Assembly: GCA_963800175.1 (NCBI GenBank)
Contig: CAWCZS010000002.1
Location: 960,328-1,024,327 of the forward strand
Length of the DNA: 64,000 nucleotides
Source: Candidatus Dormiibacterota bacterium
GTDB taxonomy: Bacteria; Chloroflexota; Dormibacteria; Aeolococcales; Aeolococcaceae
Reading direction: 5' to 3'
Shown: positions 40,179-54,182 of the stretch, in pieces
How the letters are laid out: each line of letters starts with the position of its first letter
Numbering within the stretch: the stretch's first letter is position 1
Made by a program: the position numbers and the translations under genes
The notes under the pieces: model-generated
Seen by the model: only the letters and a program-made list of their open reading frames with translations
What the model was told of the DNA's origin: nothing
Databases searched by the model: none

Positions 40179-40612
40179 TCAAGCGCCGCGATGACAACAT
40201 ATCCGATGCAGGTACACGAGATTGACGTTCGACGGGTTGATGATGGCGGCGATGCCGAGACCGAGCTGCAAGAGGTAGATGGCGAACGTCGAGAGGAGCA
40301 CGGTGAGCTGCGACGCCTTCTCCTTTCTGAGCTGGCGGGTCAGCGTGATGTAGAAGCTCAGTGCGGCGAGAATGGCTGCGGGATAGCCGATGTTGGTCTG
40401 CGGAATCAGCGCGACAAGCGACAGGAAAAAGCTGTTGACCAGGCCGGTGAACGAGCTCTCGGCGAGCCGGCGCGCTTTCGGCGCCGCGTTGGGCCCGAAT
40501 ATCGATCGGGGCGCAGGCTGACGGCGACGAAGAGCAGCCCGATCAGCGCCCCCGCTGCCGCCGAGGTCGCGGCGAAGTAGCCGACGATGCCGCTCTGGGA
40601 CCATCGCCTACA
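40179..40612 (-). CDS. Small membrane protein (hypothetical), apparently frameshifted
   Basis: ORF 40179..40604 has hydrophobic helices ([30 protein letters not shown]...[16 protein letters not shown]). A TM segment in the adjacent frame ([13 protein letters not shown]) sits just downstream of the ATPase stop. Confidence 0.3.
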
Positions 40613-41371
40613 ACACCTTGGAAAGGAAGGCTTTCGTGCGTTCGTGCTGCGGATTGGCGAGCACCTCGCGCGGCGCGCCGCTTCGACGATCACGCCGCCG
40701 TCCATGAACACGAGCGCATCACCGACCTCGCGCGCGAATCCCATCTCGTGCGTGACGACGACCATGGTCATGCCGTCCTGCGCGAGCCCGCGCATCACGT
40801 CGAGAACGTCGCCGACGAGTTCCGGGTCGAGTGCTGACGTCGGCTCGTCAAACAGCATGAGCTTCGGCTGCATCGCAAGCGCACGTGCGATCGCCACCCG
40901 CTGCTGCTGACCACCGGAGAGCTGATTCGGATACACGTCCACCTTGTCCGCGAGCCCCACACGCCCGAGGAGTGAACGTCCGCGCTCTTCGGCAGCTTTC
41001 TGTTGCTCACCCTTCACGCGCACCGGCGCTTCCACGATGTTCTCGAGCGCGGTCATATGGGGAAACAGGTTGAAGCGCTGGAAGACCATGCCGATCTCGG
41101 CGCGTTTGCGGCAGACCTCGCGCTCCGGGAGCTCGTAGATCTTGCCATCGCGCTCGCGGTAGCCGACGAGCTCGCCGTCCACCGACAGCCTGCCGGCGTC
41201 AATCTTCTCGAGATGGTTGATGCATCGCAGGAACGTGCTTTTTCCGGAGCCTGAGGGCCCGACGATGCATAGCACCTCTCGCGGCGCCACCTCGAGGTCG
41301 ATGCCGCGGAGAACATCGAGGCGCCCGTAGCTCTTATAGACAGCTTCGGCCAGAACCATGGGGATCGGCAT
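40604..41371 (-). CDS. Polar amino-acid ABC ATP-binding protein (GlnQ/HisP-like); frameshift near 40670 at the C-terminus
   Basis: Walker [10 protein letters not shown], signature [16 protein letters not shown], Walker [11 protein letters not shown]. The true C-terminus [23 protein letters not shown] is recovered in the adjacent frame. Confidence 0.8.
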
Positions 41372-41381
41372 CAGCGGCTTC

Positions 41382-42374
41382 CTAGGTGTGCCGCGTGTAG
41401 ATCGCGACCGCCTCGGAGGGCGCTGTCGGCACATCGATATGAGCATGGAACAGCATCCGGCGAAAGCGCTGGATCGGGGTGAGCGGCAACTGGCGTGCCG
41501 AACCGCGCGCGAAGTACCGCTCGAGATAGTACTGCCCGAAGGTAAGGATGGAGGTCATGACCAGGTACCAGACGCTAGCGACGATCAGTAGCTCGACGAT
41601 GCGGAAGTTCGCGTTCGAGATCTCGGTCTGGACGTAGAACAGTTCGGCGACGGTGGTGATGTATGCGAGGGACGACGTTTTGAGCATTGAGATTGTCTCG
41701 TTGCCCGTTGGCGGCAGGATGACGCGCATCGCTTGAGGCAGCACGATTCTGCGCATCACGCCGATCCGCGTCATGCCCAGCGCCTGCGCCGCCTCGGTCT
41801 GCCCGTGATCCACGGAGATGATCCCGGCTCGGACCACCTCGGACATGTAGGCGGCCTCGTTGAGTCCCAGGCCGAGGATTGCCGCGAGAAACGGGGAGAC
41901 GATCTGATTGGTCGTGCCCACCCATTCGATGTTGGTGAAGGGAATCCCGATCGAGAGATGCGGCAGGATGAGCGCGATGTTGTACCAGAAGAACAGTTGC
42001 ACGAGTACGGGCGTGCCGCGAAAAAACCAGATGTAGAACCAGCTGAGGGTTGACACGACGGGGTTGACGGAAAGACGCATCACCGCGAGGATGACGCCGA
42101 GGATCCCGCCGATTGCCATCGCAATGACCGTGAGCTCGAGTGTGACGACGATCCCACGCAGAATCTCGGGAAAGAACAGATACTGCTCGACGACACGCCA
42201 ATCGAGGGCGGGCGCCGCGGCGAACGTGTAGACCGCTTCTGCGGCAATGGCAAGGACAACAACGGCGGCAACCCATCGCCATGGATGGCGGAGCGGGATA
42301 GCCTTGATCGCCGCGGGTCGTGCCGGCGGCGGTTCGAACGGCTGACCGGTCCGCGTCTCGGTGCCGACGTTCAC
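41382..42374 (-). CDS. Polar amino-acid ABC permease (HisM/GlnP family)
   Basis: Clean 330-aa ORF. EAA-type motif [25 protein letters not shown]. Multi-TM. Confidence 0.85.
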   Translation of the reverse strand: MNVGTETRTGQPFEPPPARPAAIKAIPLRHPWRWVAAVVVLAIAAEAVYTFAAAPALDWRVVEQYLFFPEILRGIVVTLELTVIAMAIGGILGVILAVMRLSVNPVVSTLSWFYIWFFRGTPVLVQLFFWYNIALILPHLSIGIPFTNIEWVGTTNQIVSPFLAAILGLGLNEAAYMSEVVRAGIISVDHGQTEAAQALGMTRIGVMRRIVLPQAMRVILPPTGNETISMLKTSSLAYITTVAELFYVQTEISNANFRIVELLIVASVWYLVMTSILTFGQYYLERYFARGSARQLPLTPIQRFRRMLFHAHIDVPTAPSEAVAIYTRHT

Positions 42375-42419
42375 GGCATCATCAGGCCGGAGTGGAGGGT
42401 TGCCGCGGGGTGGCCGGTC

Positions 42420-43405
42420 TCAGTACGACGGCACGCAGGTGGCGCCCACCGGGTTGTTGTCGTTGGTGGTCACAGCCGAACTCGCGATCGCTCCGTCCTG
42501 GACGCCCCAGCTGTCGAGGAGCTTCGTGTAAAAGCCGTTGTCGATCAGGTATTTGATCGCGTCGGTGACCGCCTGCTCGAGGCCGGTCGACTTGACCATG
42601 GCAACGCCGTACGGAGACACGCTGCATGCGGAGCCGCCGATCTTCAGCTTCCCCTGTTTCGAGCTTGACCTGATAGTCGGCCACGGGCTGGTCCGCCCAT
42701 CCGAAGTCGGCTCGGCCTGAGAGTAGCGCGGCGTTCGCCTGCGTCTGGGTTCCGAAGCTCAGCACGGTGATGTCCTGCCTGCCGGCGGAGGTGCAGTGGT
42801 CAGTGTCTCCGGGGATGGCAGCGCCGCCCGGCTTCTTCCCCATGTATCCCCAGGCGTCGGACTCCTCGGTGGTGCCGGACTCCACAGCCACCGTGTGACC
42901 GCACATATCGGCGGCTGTCGAAATCGTCGGACCACCCACCTTCACCAACCACGCCTCTCCCGCCTGGTAATAGGTGATGAAGTCGATGCCCGAGGCCTCG
43001 CGCTCGCTGCGTCGGCGTGAAGCTTGAGAAGCTCATCTGATACTTGGACGGGTTTTCGAGCAGCGCCGGGATGATGTCGGAGAACGTGACGTTGTTGATC
43101 GTGCAGGCGACGCCGAGGACGGCGCAGACGTCCTTGGCGAGCTCGATGTCCCAGCCCACGAGGTCACCGCTGTTGGGGTCGACGAACTCGTTCGGCGCAT
43201 AGGACGCATCGGATGCGATCTGCAACGGTGCGTCGGCCTTGATCGCGGCAGGGACCTCAGCGGCGATGCTCGCCTGCGTGGTCGGCCCCGCGGCGCCCGA
43301 AGTCGTCGCGGCAGGGGTGCTCGAACCACCGCACGCCGCGAGAACGGCAATCGGCACGACGAGTGCGATGCTCGCGCGACGCGAGAGAGAGACGGTGCGA
43401 CCCAT
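42420..43405 (-). CDS. Amino-acid ABC substrate-binding lipoprotein; at least 2 frameshifts
   Basis: Signal peptide with lipobox (IAVLAACGGSS) in ORF 42800..43447. SBP_bac_3-like segments are in ORFs 42382..42948 and 42420..42620. Confidence 0.65.
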
Positions 43406-43563
43406 GAGAGACCCCCAAAGTCCGAGGACGGAATCGGTGGGCGCCATTGTGGACTTTCGCCGCTAATGTGTCCACACGAGGAACGCGCCGGCGACCGCGG
43501 AGGGCTTGGCATCGCCTGCCGATGCCTCGTCGCTCCGACCCCGAAGAAGGCGACAATGGCCGC

Positions 43564-45051
43564 TTGAAGCGAATCAGCCACTGGATCGGCGGCCAGGCGG
43601 TGGCGGGTACCTCCGGCAAGGAGGGGCCTGTTTTCAACCCGGCCACCGGGCAGCAGACGGGTGTTGTCGACCTCGCATCGGCGGCGGAGGTCGACGCCGC
43701 AGTCGAAACTGCTGCCGGCGCGTTCCGGGAATGGCGTGCCGCGTCGCTCTCGCAGCGAACCACGGTCCTCTTCGCGTTTCGCGACCTGCTCGACAAGCAT
43801 CGCGACGACCTCGCGGCGATCATCACTTCTGAGCACGGCAAGGTGCTCTCAGACGCGAAGGGCGAAGTTGCTCGCGGCATCGAGAACGTCGAGTTCGCGT
43901 GCGGCGTCCCGCATCTTCTAAAAGGCGGCTACTCGGAGCAACCGTCGCGCGGCGTGGACGTGTATTCGATCCGCCAGCCGCTCGGCGTCGTCGCGGGTAT
44001 CACGCCGTTCAACTTTCCGGCGATGGTCCCGATGTGGATGTTCGCGAACGCGATCGCCTGTGGCAACACCTTCATCCTCAAGCCGAGCGAGAAGGATCCG
44101 TCGCCCTCGCGGTTCTTTGCCGACTTGTGGCGCGAAGCGGGACTGCCGGATGGCGTCTTCTCTGTGGTGCAAGGAGCGCGCGAAGCAGTGGACCGCCTGC
44201 TCGACCACCCCGAGGTCGCGGCGCTCTCGTTCGTCGGCTCGACGCCGGTCGCGCGACATATCTACGAGACGGGCACGCGCAACGGCAAACGGGTCCAGGC
44301 GCTCGGCGGCGCAAAGAACCACATGGTGGTGCTGCCTGACGCAGACCTGGAGGCCGCGGCGGACGCCGCAGTGTCGGCTGGGTACGGATCGGCCGGCGAG
44401 CGTTGCATGGCGATCTCGACAGTCGTCGCGGTCGGCAACATCGGTGACCGTCTCGTCGAGGCGATCGCCGCGCGTATCCCCGCCGTCAAAGTCGGCGCCG
44501 GCGACGATCCGACGTCCGAGATGGGCCCACTCGTCACGCGCGAGCATCGCGACAAGGTGGCGACGTACCTCGACGCGCAGTCGCTTGGCGGCTCACATCT
44601 GGTCGTCGATGGCCGCGGCAACACGCCGGACGGTGACGGCTTCTTTCTCGGACCATCACTCGTCGATGGCGTCAAGCCCGGATCGCGCGTGTATGACGAC
44701 GAGATTTTCGGACCGGTGCTCTCGGTGGTGCGTGTGGACACGTACGACGAGGCGATCCGGCTGGTTAATGACAATCAGTACGGAAACGGCGTGGCGATCT
44801 TCACGCGCGACGGCGGCGCCGCACGGAAGTTTCAGTTCGAGGTGCAGGTCGGCATGGTGGGGGTCAACGTGCCGATCCCGGTGCCCGTCGCGTACTACAG
44901 CTTCGGCGGCTGGAAGGCGTCGCTGTTCGGTGACACACATATGTATGGACCGGACGGCGTGCATTTCTACACACGCACCAAGGTGGTGACATCGCGCTGG
45001 CCGGAGCCGGGTCCCGGCCGCGTGGATCTCGCCTTTCCCAGCAACGCCTGA
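43564..45051 (+). CDS. mmsA: CoA-acylating methylmalonate-semialdehyde dehydrogenase; start is TTG 43564, or ATG 43556 with a frameshift
   Basis: RISHWIGG N-terminus, ITPFNFPAMVPMWM, catalytic GSAGERCMA, about 496 aa. Aldehyde dehydrogenase family. Confidence 0.85.
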   Translation: MKRISHWIGGQAVAGTSGKEGPVFNPATGQQTGVVDLASAAEVDAAVETAAGAFREWRAASLSQRTTVLFAFRDLLDKHRDDLAAIITSEHGKVLSDAKGEVARGIENVEFACGVPHLLKGGYSEQPSRGVDVYSIRQPLGVVAGITPFNFPAMVPMWMFANAIACGNTFILKPSEKDPSPSRFFADLWREAGLPDGVFSVVQGAREAVDRLLDHPEVAALSFVGSTPVARHIYETGTRNGKRVQALGGAKNHMVVLPDADLEAAADAAVSAGYGSAGERCMAISTVVAVGNIGDRLVEAIAARIPAVKVGAGDDPTSEMGPLVTREHRDKVATYLDAQSLGGSHLVVDGRGNTPDGDGFFLGPSLVDGVKPGSRVYDDEIFGPVLSVVRVDTYDEAIRLVNDNQYGNGVAIFTRDGGAARKFQFEVQVGMVGVNVPIPVPVAYYSFGGWKASLFGDTHMYGPDGVHFYTRTKVVTSRWPEPGPGRVDLAFPSNA

Positions 45052-45086
45052 GGCGATCCCCAGCAGCCTGTTAGGCTTCTCCGGCG

Positions 45087-45945
45087 ATGACTGAATGGAC
45101 GGGAGTGCGAGACAAACGCGTCCTGATCACGGGTGCCACACGGGGGATCGGCCTTGCGGCGGCGCAGGCGCTCGCCCGGCGCGGCGCCAAGCTCGCGATC
45201 GTCGCGCGCGATGACGCTCGAGGCGCCGAGGCTGTTGCCAGTATCGAAGGGCGAGGGCGGATCGACGGTCGATCTTCTCCATGCCGACCTTCTCTCGCAG
45301 GCGTCGATACGCGCGCTTTCCGACGAGATACTGGAGCGATATCCACGCATCGACGTCCTCATCAACAATGCCGGCGCCATCTTTGTGCAGCGCGAACTGA
45401 CCGTCGACGGGATCGAGCGCACCTGGGCGCTCAATCACCTGGCGCCATTTCTGCTGACAACGCTCCTGCTCGACCGGCTCAAAGCGTCGGCGCCCTCACG
45501 GATCATCACCACGGCGTCGGACGCGCACAAGGGAAAGCTCATCCCATTTGATGACCTGAACGCGGAGCGCTCGTGGAGAGGTCGTGGGTTCACGCGGTAC
45601 GGCGAGAGCAAGCTCGCGAACATCATGTTCACTCGCGAGCTGGCACGCCGCCTTGACGGTACCGGCGTGACGACGTACTGCTTTCACCCGGGTGTCGTCG
45701 CGACCGGTTTCAACCGCAACAACGGCGCCATGATGACCGCCGCAATGATGATGATCGCGCCCTTCGTGCGGAGCCCGAGGAAAGCGGCGCAGACACTCGT
45801 GTGGCTTGCCGATTCCCCTGACGTGTCAAAGCAAAGCGGTGGCTATTACGAGGACCGCGCCGTCGCCGTGTCGAGCCGTCAGGCGCAGGATCCCGCGCTG
45901 GCCAAACGCCTCTGGGATGTCAGCGAGGAGCAGATCCGGCAGTAG
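45087..45945 (+). CDS. Short-chain dehydrogenase/reductase (SDR); frameshift near 45230
   Basis: TGATRGIGLAAAQAL Rossmann motif in ORF 45087... NNAG and the catalytic YGESK are in ORF 45133..45945. Confidence 0.8.
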
Positions 45946-45951
45946 CAGACG

Positions 45952-46420
45952 TCAGTGCTTGCCGATGCGCTTGAACCAGGGCTTGCGGCGCCACGACAGC
46001 TCGCCGGCAAGCGCCTCGTTGCGGATCAATTCGCTGTGCAGGACAGTGACGAGGTCGCGCTCGCGCCGGGTTGCCTCGCGCTGATCCATGCCACGGAGTG
46101 CGCGCTCATCGAGTGCACGTCCACGCCACTGGTCGAGCTCCGCGGTCAACTCCACGACCTGGGCATCGCGCTCCTGGACCAGTTCGCGCAACTGGATGAT
46201 GTCGACGAGGTTGTCCATCGCCAGCAGACGCAGCGCCCGCACGGTGTCAGGGCTGTACGGCTCGTCGACAGCCTCGGTCTCGAACAGAGCTTGGGCAAGC
46301 CGCTGCTCGCTTCGGCCCACGAGGTGGAGGGTGGGGACGTCGTCCTCGACCTCGAGCGGCGGCGGCTCGGGCGCGGGTATGGGGTTCAGCGGAATCCCGG
46401 GCAGGACTCGAACGGCCATG
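45952..46420 (-). CDS. Hypothetical protein
   Basis: About 155-aa ORF, Glu/Arg-rich with predicted coiled-coil character. No recognisable motif. Confidence 0.35.
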
Positions 46421-46523
46421 ACGGGCGACCTCCTGGGGAAAGACGTGGAGTGGAACGAGAGAGTTCGCTTCGGGAAGGCTACAACGGATGCAGCCCGAGT
46501 GGCCGCCACACTAGGCTTCCGGC

Positions 46524-49210
<2,687 letters not shown>

Positions 49211-49212
49211 CC

Positions 49213-50442
49213 ATGAGCAGACGCGTCGACCCCTCCACTTCGACGGCGAGAGCGGGACTCGGCCGGGGGAATGCCGACGGCGCCGACCTCGTCGCGCCGT
49301 TGAGCCTCGCATCGGTGCGTGCGTACGAGGATCTCGCGTCGGTGGATGAGGCCATGGAAGGGCGCGACGTCTACCGGCGCTACGGTGGCGGCAATCCCCA
49401 GCGCCTCGAGGAGGCGATGATCGAGCTCGAGACCGTCGCCGGCCGGGCGGCACCGGTGGCGCGGGTGACCTCGAGCGGGCAGGCGGCGCTTGCTCCTCGC
49501 GACGACTCTCGTGGTGACACCGGCGCGCCCTCGCGTTGTCGTCGTGCGCCCCTGCTATGGCGGCACGGATTCGCTCATCGCGGGCCCGCTCGGCAATCTC
49601 GGCGTGAAGATCTCGACGGTCGATATCCCACCTGACGGCGGCGGCAACCACGGCGAGCTCGTTGCCGCCGTCCTCGGGCCGGATGTCGCCGCGGTGGTCG
49701 CCGAGGTCATCACCAATCCGCTCATCGGCCTCGTCGATGTCCCGGCGATCATCGAAGCCACGCATCAGGTCGGAGCGGCCGCCATCGTGGATTCGACGTT
49801 CACGCCGCCGATGCTCTTCCAGCCGTTCGCGCACGGGGCGGACCTCGTCATTCACAGCCTCACCAAGCACCTTTCCGGTCACAGCGACGTGATCGGCGGT
49901 GTGCTCCTCGTCGACACCGGACATGAGGCGAGCGACTGGCTCGACGCCAATGCGCGGCTGCTCGGATGCAATCTCTCGCCCTTCAACTCCTGGCTCGCGC
50001 TTGCGCGGCCTGCGGACAGCAGGGCTGCGGATCGAGCGCTGTACCGAGAACGCCGCTGCGCTCGCCGCGTTCTTCGCGACCCGGCCCGAGGTCGCTGCCG
50101 TTCACTATCCCGGGCGTCGAGGCGAACGGGACGCGGCGCTCGCCGGCCGGCTGTTGCCCCGCGGCTGCGGGCCGATGCTCAGCATCGATCTGCGTGGCGG
50201 TGGCGCCGCGGCGGGGGCCTTCATCCGTGGTCTCGACGGAATCCGTCTGGCGCCAAGCCTCGGCGATGTGGCGACCACCGTGAGCTATCCCACGAGCACC
50301 TCCCATCGATCGCTGAGTCCGCAGCAGCGAGCGGCGCTCGGCATCAGCGATGGCCTCGTGCGCATCAGCGCCGGCATCGAGCGGATCGACGATCTTCGGG
50401 CGGAATTCGACGCGGCGCTCGTCGCGGCGTCGGCCGGATGAG
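49213..50442 (+). CDS. Cys/Met-metabolism PLP-dependent enzyme (cystathionine gamma-synthase/beta-lyase family); frameshifts near 49480 and 49930
   Basis: Three ORF pieces tile the fold. The lysine motif is HSLTKHLSGHSDVIGG and the C-terminus ISDGLVRISAGIE. Confidence 0.75.
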
Positions 50443-50489
50443 GCTCGAGACCGTCCCCGAAGTTGCCGACCCGGTACTCTAGGGGGGAT

Positions 50490-50715
50490 ATGGCACACGT
50501 TCGTCTCGCCAACGGCGGCGACCTCTCCGTGAAGCTCACCGTCGAGGAGATCACCGCCAAGCTCAACGCGTCCGGCGGGGGCTCGGGATTTGTCGAGCTT
50601 CCCGGGCGAGGACGGTCCCTTCCTTGTTCGCCCCGAGGCCGTCATCGCGGTCATCGCCGATCAGCGGCGCGGTGCTGCTGGGTTCCGGGTGGCGCAGGGA
50701 GCCGAGGCCAGCTGA
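50490..50715 (+). CDS. DUF3107-like small protein; frameshift near 50610
   Basis: MAHVRLANGGDLSVKLTVEEITAKLNASG...GFVELPGEDGPFLVRPEAVIAVI matches the DUF3107 pattern once one frame switch is allowed. Confidence 0.45.
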
Positions 50716-50774
50716 TCGGCGTGTCCACGCCGCAGCATCCGGCGCAGCCGGCGTTGACGCTCGTGCCGAGGGCG

Positions 50775-51683
50775 ATGGGGGAGACGATCACCGATCGCAT
50801 CGGCAACACGCCGTTGCTGCGCATCCGGCTCTTCGAGGACGAGTGTCCCGAGGTCGCGGTCTACGCCAAGGCCGAGTTCCTCAACCCCGGTGGCTCGGTC
50901 AAGGATCGCCCCGCGCTGCGGATGATCGAGGACGGCGAACGCTCGGGCCGTCTCACGCCCGGCCGGATCATCCTGGACAGCACGAGCGGGAATACCGGCA
51001 TCGCGTACGCGATGATCGGTGCCGCCAAAGGCTATCGCGTGCGGCTTGTGATGCCGGGCAACGTCAGCGAGGAGCGACGTCAGCTGGTCACGGCATTCGG
51101 TGCGGAGGTCGAGTACAGCGATCCGCTCGAAGGCAGTGACGGCGCGATCCGCCTGGTTCGTGCCATGTATGACGAAAACCCGGATGCGTTCTTCATGCCG
51201 GACCAGTACAACAACGACGCCAACTGGCTCGCGCACTATGACGGGACAGGCGGCGAGATCTGGGAGCAGACGCGCGGCACGGTAACGCATTTCGTCGCCG
51301 CGCTGGGAACGAGCGGGACCTTCATGGGGGTGACGCGTCGGCTCAAGGAGATGAACCCCGACGTGCAGTGCATCAGCGTCCAGCCGGCCGAGCCCTGGCA
51401 TGGTCTCGAGGGCCTCAAGCACATGGAGACCTCGATCGTCCCGGGCATCTACGACCCGACACTCGCTGACGAGGACATCGGCGTCGAAACCGAGCCCGCA
51501 TACGATCTTGCCCGCGAGCTGGCGCGTACCGAGGGCATCCTCGCCGGCCACTCGAGCGGCGCGGCGCTCTGGGCGTGCGGCGAGATTGCGCGGCGGATCG
51601 GCAGAGGCGTCATCGTGACGGTGCTTCCCGACGGCGGCGACCGATATCTCTCGACAGGCCTGTACCGGCGGGCCGGACGGTGA
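50775..51683 (+). CDS. cysM: Cysteine synthase (CysK/CysM family, PLP-dependent)
   Basis: GNTPLLRI, NPGGSVKDRPA, SGNTGIA and GTSGT motifs. Confidence 0.85.
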   Translation: MGETITDRIGNTPLLRIRLFEDECPEVAVYAKAEFLNPGGSVKDRPALRMIEDGERSGRLTPGRIILDSTSGNTGIAYAMIGAAKGYRVRLVMPGNVSEERRQLVTAFGAEVEYSDPLEGSDGAIRLVRAMYDENPDAFFMPDQYNNDANWLAHYDGTGGEIWEQTRGTVTHFVAALGTSGTFMGVTRRLKEMNPDVQCISVQPAEPWHGLEGLKHMETSIVPGIYDPTLADEDIGVETEPAYDLARELARTEGILAGHSSGAALWACGEIARRIGRGVIVTVLPDGGDRYLSTGLYRRAGR

Positions 51684-52133
51684 ATCTGCGCTTCGCGACG
51701 ATCGCACCCGCAGCCGAACGTCGCATTCGCGATCTCGCTGCGGCCGCGTATCCGCACGAGGGATGCGGCGTGCTGCTCGGGCGCAGGGATGGGACGCGGA
51801 TGGTCATCGTCGACGTGACGTCTGCTCGCAACATGTGGACGGAGCGTGCGGCCGATCGCTACGACCTCGATCCGGTCGATTTCATGAAGGCGGATCGCGA
51901 CGGTCGATCGCGCGGACTCGACATCGCCGGGCATCTGGCACAGCCATCCCGACCACCCGGCGCAGCCGTCGAAATTCGACACCGACCACGCGTGGGTCGA
52001 TTACGTCTACGTCATCTGTCGCACGACCACCGCGGGCGCCGAGGACATGAACGCGTTTGCGCTCGAAGCTGAAGGGGCCCCGTTCGGACCGGTCTCGATG
52101 GACATCTCGCCCGTCCCCGGCGTGGGGAAGTGA
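51680..52133 (+). CDS. MPN/JAMM-family metalloprotease (Mec-like); frameshift near 51930
   Basis: HEGCGVLLG (E and the JAMM N-terminus). HSHPDHPAQPSKFD is recovered in the adjacent frame. The GTG start overlaps the cysM stop. Confidence 0.7.
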
Positions 52134-53539
52134 GCCCGGCCGGCGCCACTCGCCGGCGCCGCCACGAGGAGGGAGAGCCGATTGCTCCCGCAGTCGGAGT
52201 GGTCGCAATTGTCGGTCGTCCGAACGTCGGAAAATCGACGCTGTTCAACCGGCTGACGGGAACGCGGCGCGCGATCGTCGACGCCTTTGCCGGACTGACT
52301 CGCGACCGCCTGTACGGCGTGGTGGAGTGGGGCGGAAAACGCTTCACGATCGTTGACACTGCCGGCCTCGACGTGCCGTTGCCGAAGAATGCCGCACCGG
52401 ATATCGCTGCGCTGACGCGTGCAACTCGTGAGCAGGCGCAGATGGCGATCACCGAGGCAGATGTCTGCTGCTTCATGGTCGATGTGCGTGACGGTGTCAC
52501 CGCGCTCGACGAGGAAATCGCCCAGGCGCTCCGCCGCGGAGGAAGGCCGGTCATCCTCGTCGGCAACAAGGCCGACAGTCAGGTCGACAGCTATCGCGCC
52601 GATGAGCTGTACCGCCTTGGCCTCGGCGAGCCGCTGCTCATCTCGGCGTTGCAGGGCACCGACACCGGTGATCTGCTCGACCGTTTCGTCGCGGATCTTC
52701 CCGAGAACGGATCGGCCGGAACCGAGCCATCGGTGGGCGAGGTGAGTGTCGCAATCATCGGCCGCCCGAACACCGGCAAATCCTCACTGCTCAACGGCCT
52801 TGTCGGCTCGGAGCGAGCGCTGGTTTCGCCGGTCGCGGGAACCACGCGCGACGTTGTCGACACCGTGGTGTCACTCGACGGAAGGCAGATCCGGCTTGTG
52901 GACACGGCGGGCATTCGCCGCCGCGGCATCGTCACCGAGAACGTTGAGCGCTACAGCCTGTTGCGATCGTTGCGCGCATTGCAACGCAGCGACGTCGGAC
53001 TGCTCGTCATCGATGCGTCCGAGGGAGCGAGCGCGCAGGACCGGCACATCGCCGGCTACGCAGTCGAAGCCGGCGCCGGACTTGTTGTTGCGGCAAACAA
53101 GTGGGATCTCGTGCGCCATGAGGATCGTGTTGACGCGGCCTATCTCGAGAAGCTCAAGGAGTCGTTCTCGTTTGTCCCGGGCGTTCCCGTGCTGACGTTA
53201 TCGGCGACGGAGCATCGCAACCTGAAACGTGTGATGCCCGCAGTGCTTGCCGTAGCCGACGCGCGCGCCATTCACATCCCCACGCCGGCACTCAACAATC
53301 TGATTCGCAACGCACTCGACGAGCATCCGCCGCGCACCCACAAAGGGAAGCGACTCAAGATCCTGTATGCGACGCAGGCGCGAAGCCCAGTCCCGACAAT
53401 CGTGCTCTTCGTGAACGATCCCGAACTGATGCACTTCGCTTACCAGCGCTATCTCGAGAACCGTATTCGAGCAGTCTTCGGGTTCGCGGGCGTGCGACTG
53501 CGGATCGTGACCCGTCACCGCGACGAGAGCGACGACTGA
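52130..53539 (+). CDS. der: Ribosome-associated GTPase Der (EngA), two G domains + KH-like domain
   Basis: Two P-loops (GRPNVGKST and GRPNTGKSS), DTAG and NKxD motifs. Confidence 0.9.
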   Translation: MSPAGATRRRRHEEGEPIAPAVGVVAIVGRPNVGKSTLFNRLTGTRRAIVDAFAGLTRDRLYGVVEWGGKRFTIVDTAGLDVPLPKNAAPDIAALTRATREQAQMAITEADVCCFMVDVRDGVTALDEEIAQALRRGGRPVILVGNKADSQVDSYRADELYRLGLGEPLLISALQGTDTGDLLDRFVADLPENGSAGTEPSVGEVSVAIIGRPNTGKSSLLNGLVGSERALVSPVAGTTRDVVDTVVSLDGRQIRLVDTAGIRRRGIVTENVERYSLLRSLRALQRSDVGLLVIDASEGASAQDRHIAGYAVEAGAGLVVAANKWDLVRHEDRVDAAYLEKLKESFSFVPGVPVLTLSATEHRNLKRVMPAVLAVADARAIHIPTPALNNLIRNALDEHPPRTHKGKRLKILYATQARSPVPTIVLFVNDPELMHFAYQRYLENRIRAVFGFAGVRLRIVTRHRDESDD

Positions 53540-53590
53540 ACTCCCAGTCGGCCTCGGTGGCCCGGCGCGTTAGAGTCGCTAGGCGCGCCT

Positions 53591-53664
53591 CGGGGAGTAG
53601 CTCAGATGGTTAGAGTACTGGTCTGGGGGACCAGGGGTCGCAGGTTCGAGTCCTGTCTCCCCGA
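53591..53664 (+). tRNA. tRNA-Pro (anticodon GGG)
   Basis: Manual fold. Acceptor stem CGGGGAG/CTCCCCG, D-arm GCTC-AGATGGTTA-GAGT, anticodon stem CTGGT/ACCAG with loop CTGGGGG, T-arm GCAGG-TTCGAGT-CCTGT, discriminator A. Confidence 0.8.
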
Positions 53665-53797
53665 TTCGCAGCCCATTGCACTGCAGTGCAGCCGTTTCCA
53701 CTCGGATTGCAGTGGATTCCAACTTGTGGGGATCAGTCATTTTGCAGGGACTAGAACTCATTCCCTGATTGATGTTCTTTCCTGCAAAACCACTCTA
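53622..53797 (+). repeat. Direct repeat copy 1 (tRNA-Pro 3' half + ~135 bp downstream); candidate attL
   Basis: About 90% identical to 62713..62888 by eye. Contains the palindrome GCACTGCAGTGC and a CAGGGA(n11)TCCCTG hairpin. Confidence 0.7.
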
Positions 53798-54182
53798 AGT
53801 TCGCGCGATCTTCGGCGGAGCGCAACGTCTGGGCCGAACCGAGAACGGATCGAGCGGAGCAAAACGCGTCAGCGCAATTCGAGCCGGCCGCGCAGTCGCC
53901 CAGCGTTGTCGACTAACCTCGCGACGGCGGTCGGCGGGACCCCAAGGTGAATAGAGGCCTTCAGCCTGTTCGGCGCCCGCCCAAGGACATGGTGCGGCCC
54001 CGGCCGCGCAACTCAAGCAGCCGCGCCCACCCGGGTTGCCAAACAGCGGGCAGTCCAGGATCGTTGGTTCTCCGGCGCGGGCCGGCTTATCAAGGCGAAG
54101 GTGTCGTTCAGCCCGGCTGTCCATTTCCAAGCGACTGCACAGCGAGATTTCGAAGCACAGTGTAGATTTCGGCGTACAACCG

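Noticed and set aside
40179-40604. 141-aa minus-strand ORF as a stand-alone gene
   Set aside because: As annotated by the ORF finder, its N-terminal 60 aa are Arg-rich junk that overlap the true C-terminus of the ATPase gene in another frame. Only the hydrophobic C-terminal part is plausibly coding, so it is reported only as a low-confidence frameshifted small membrane protein.
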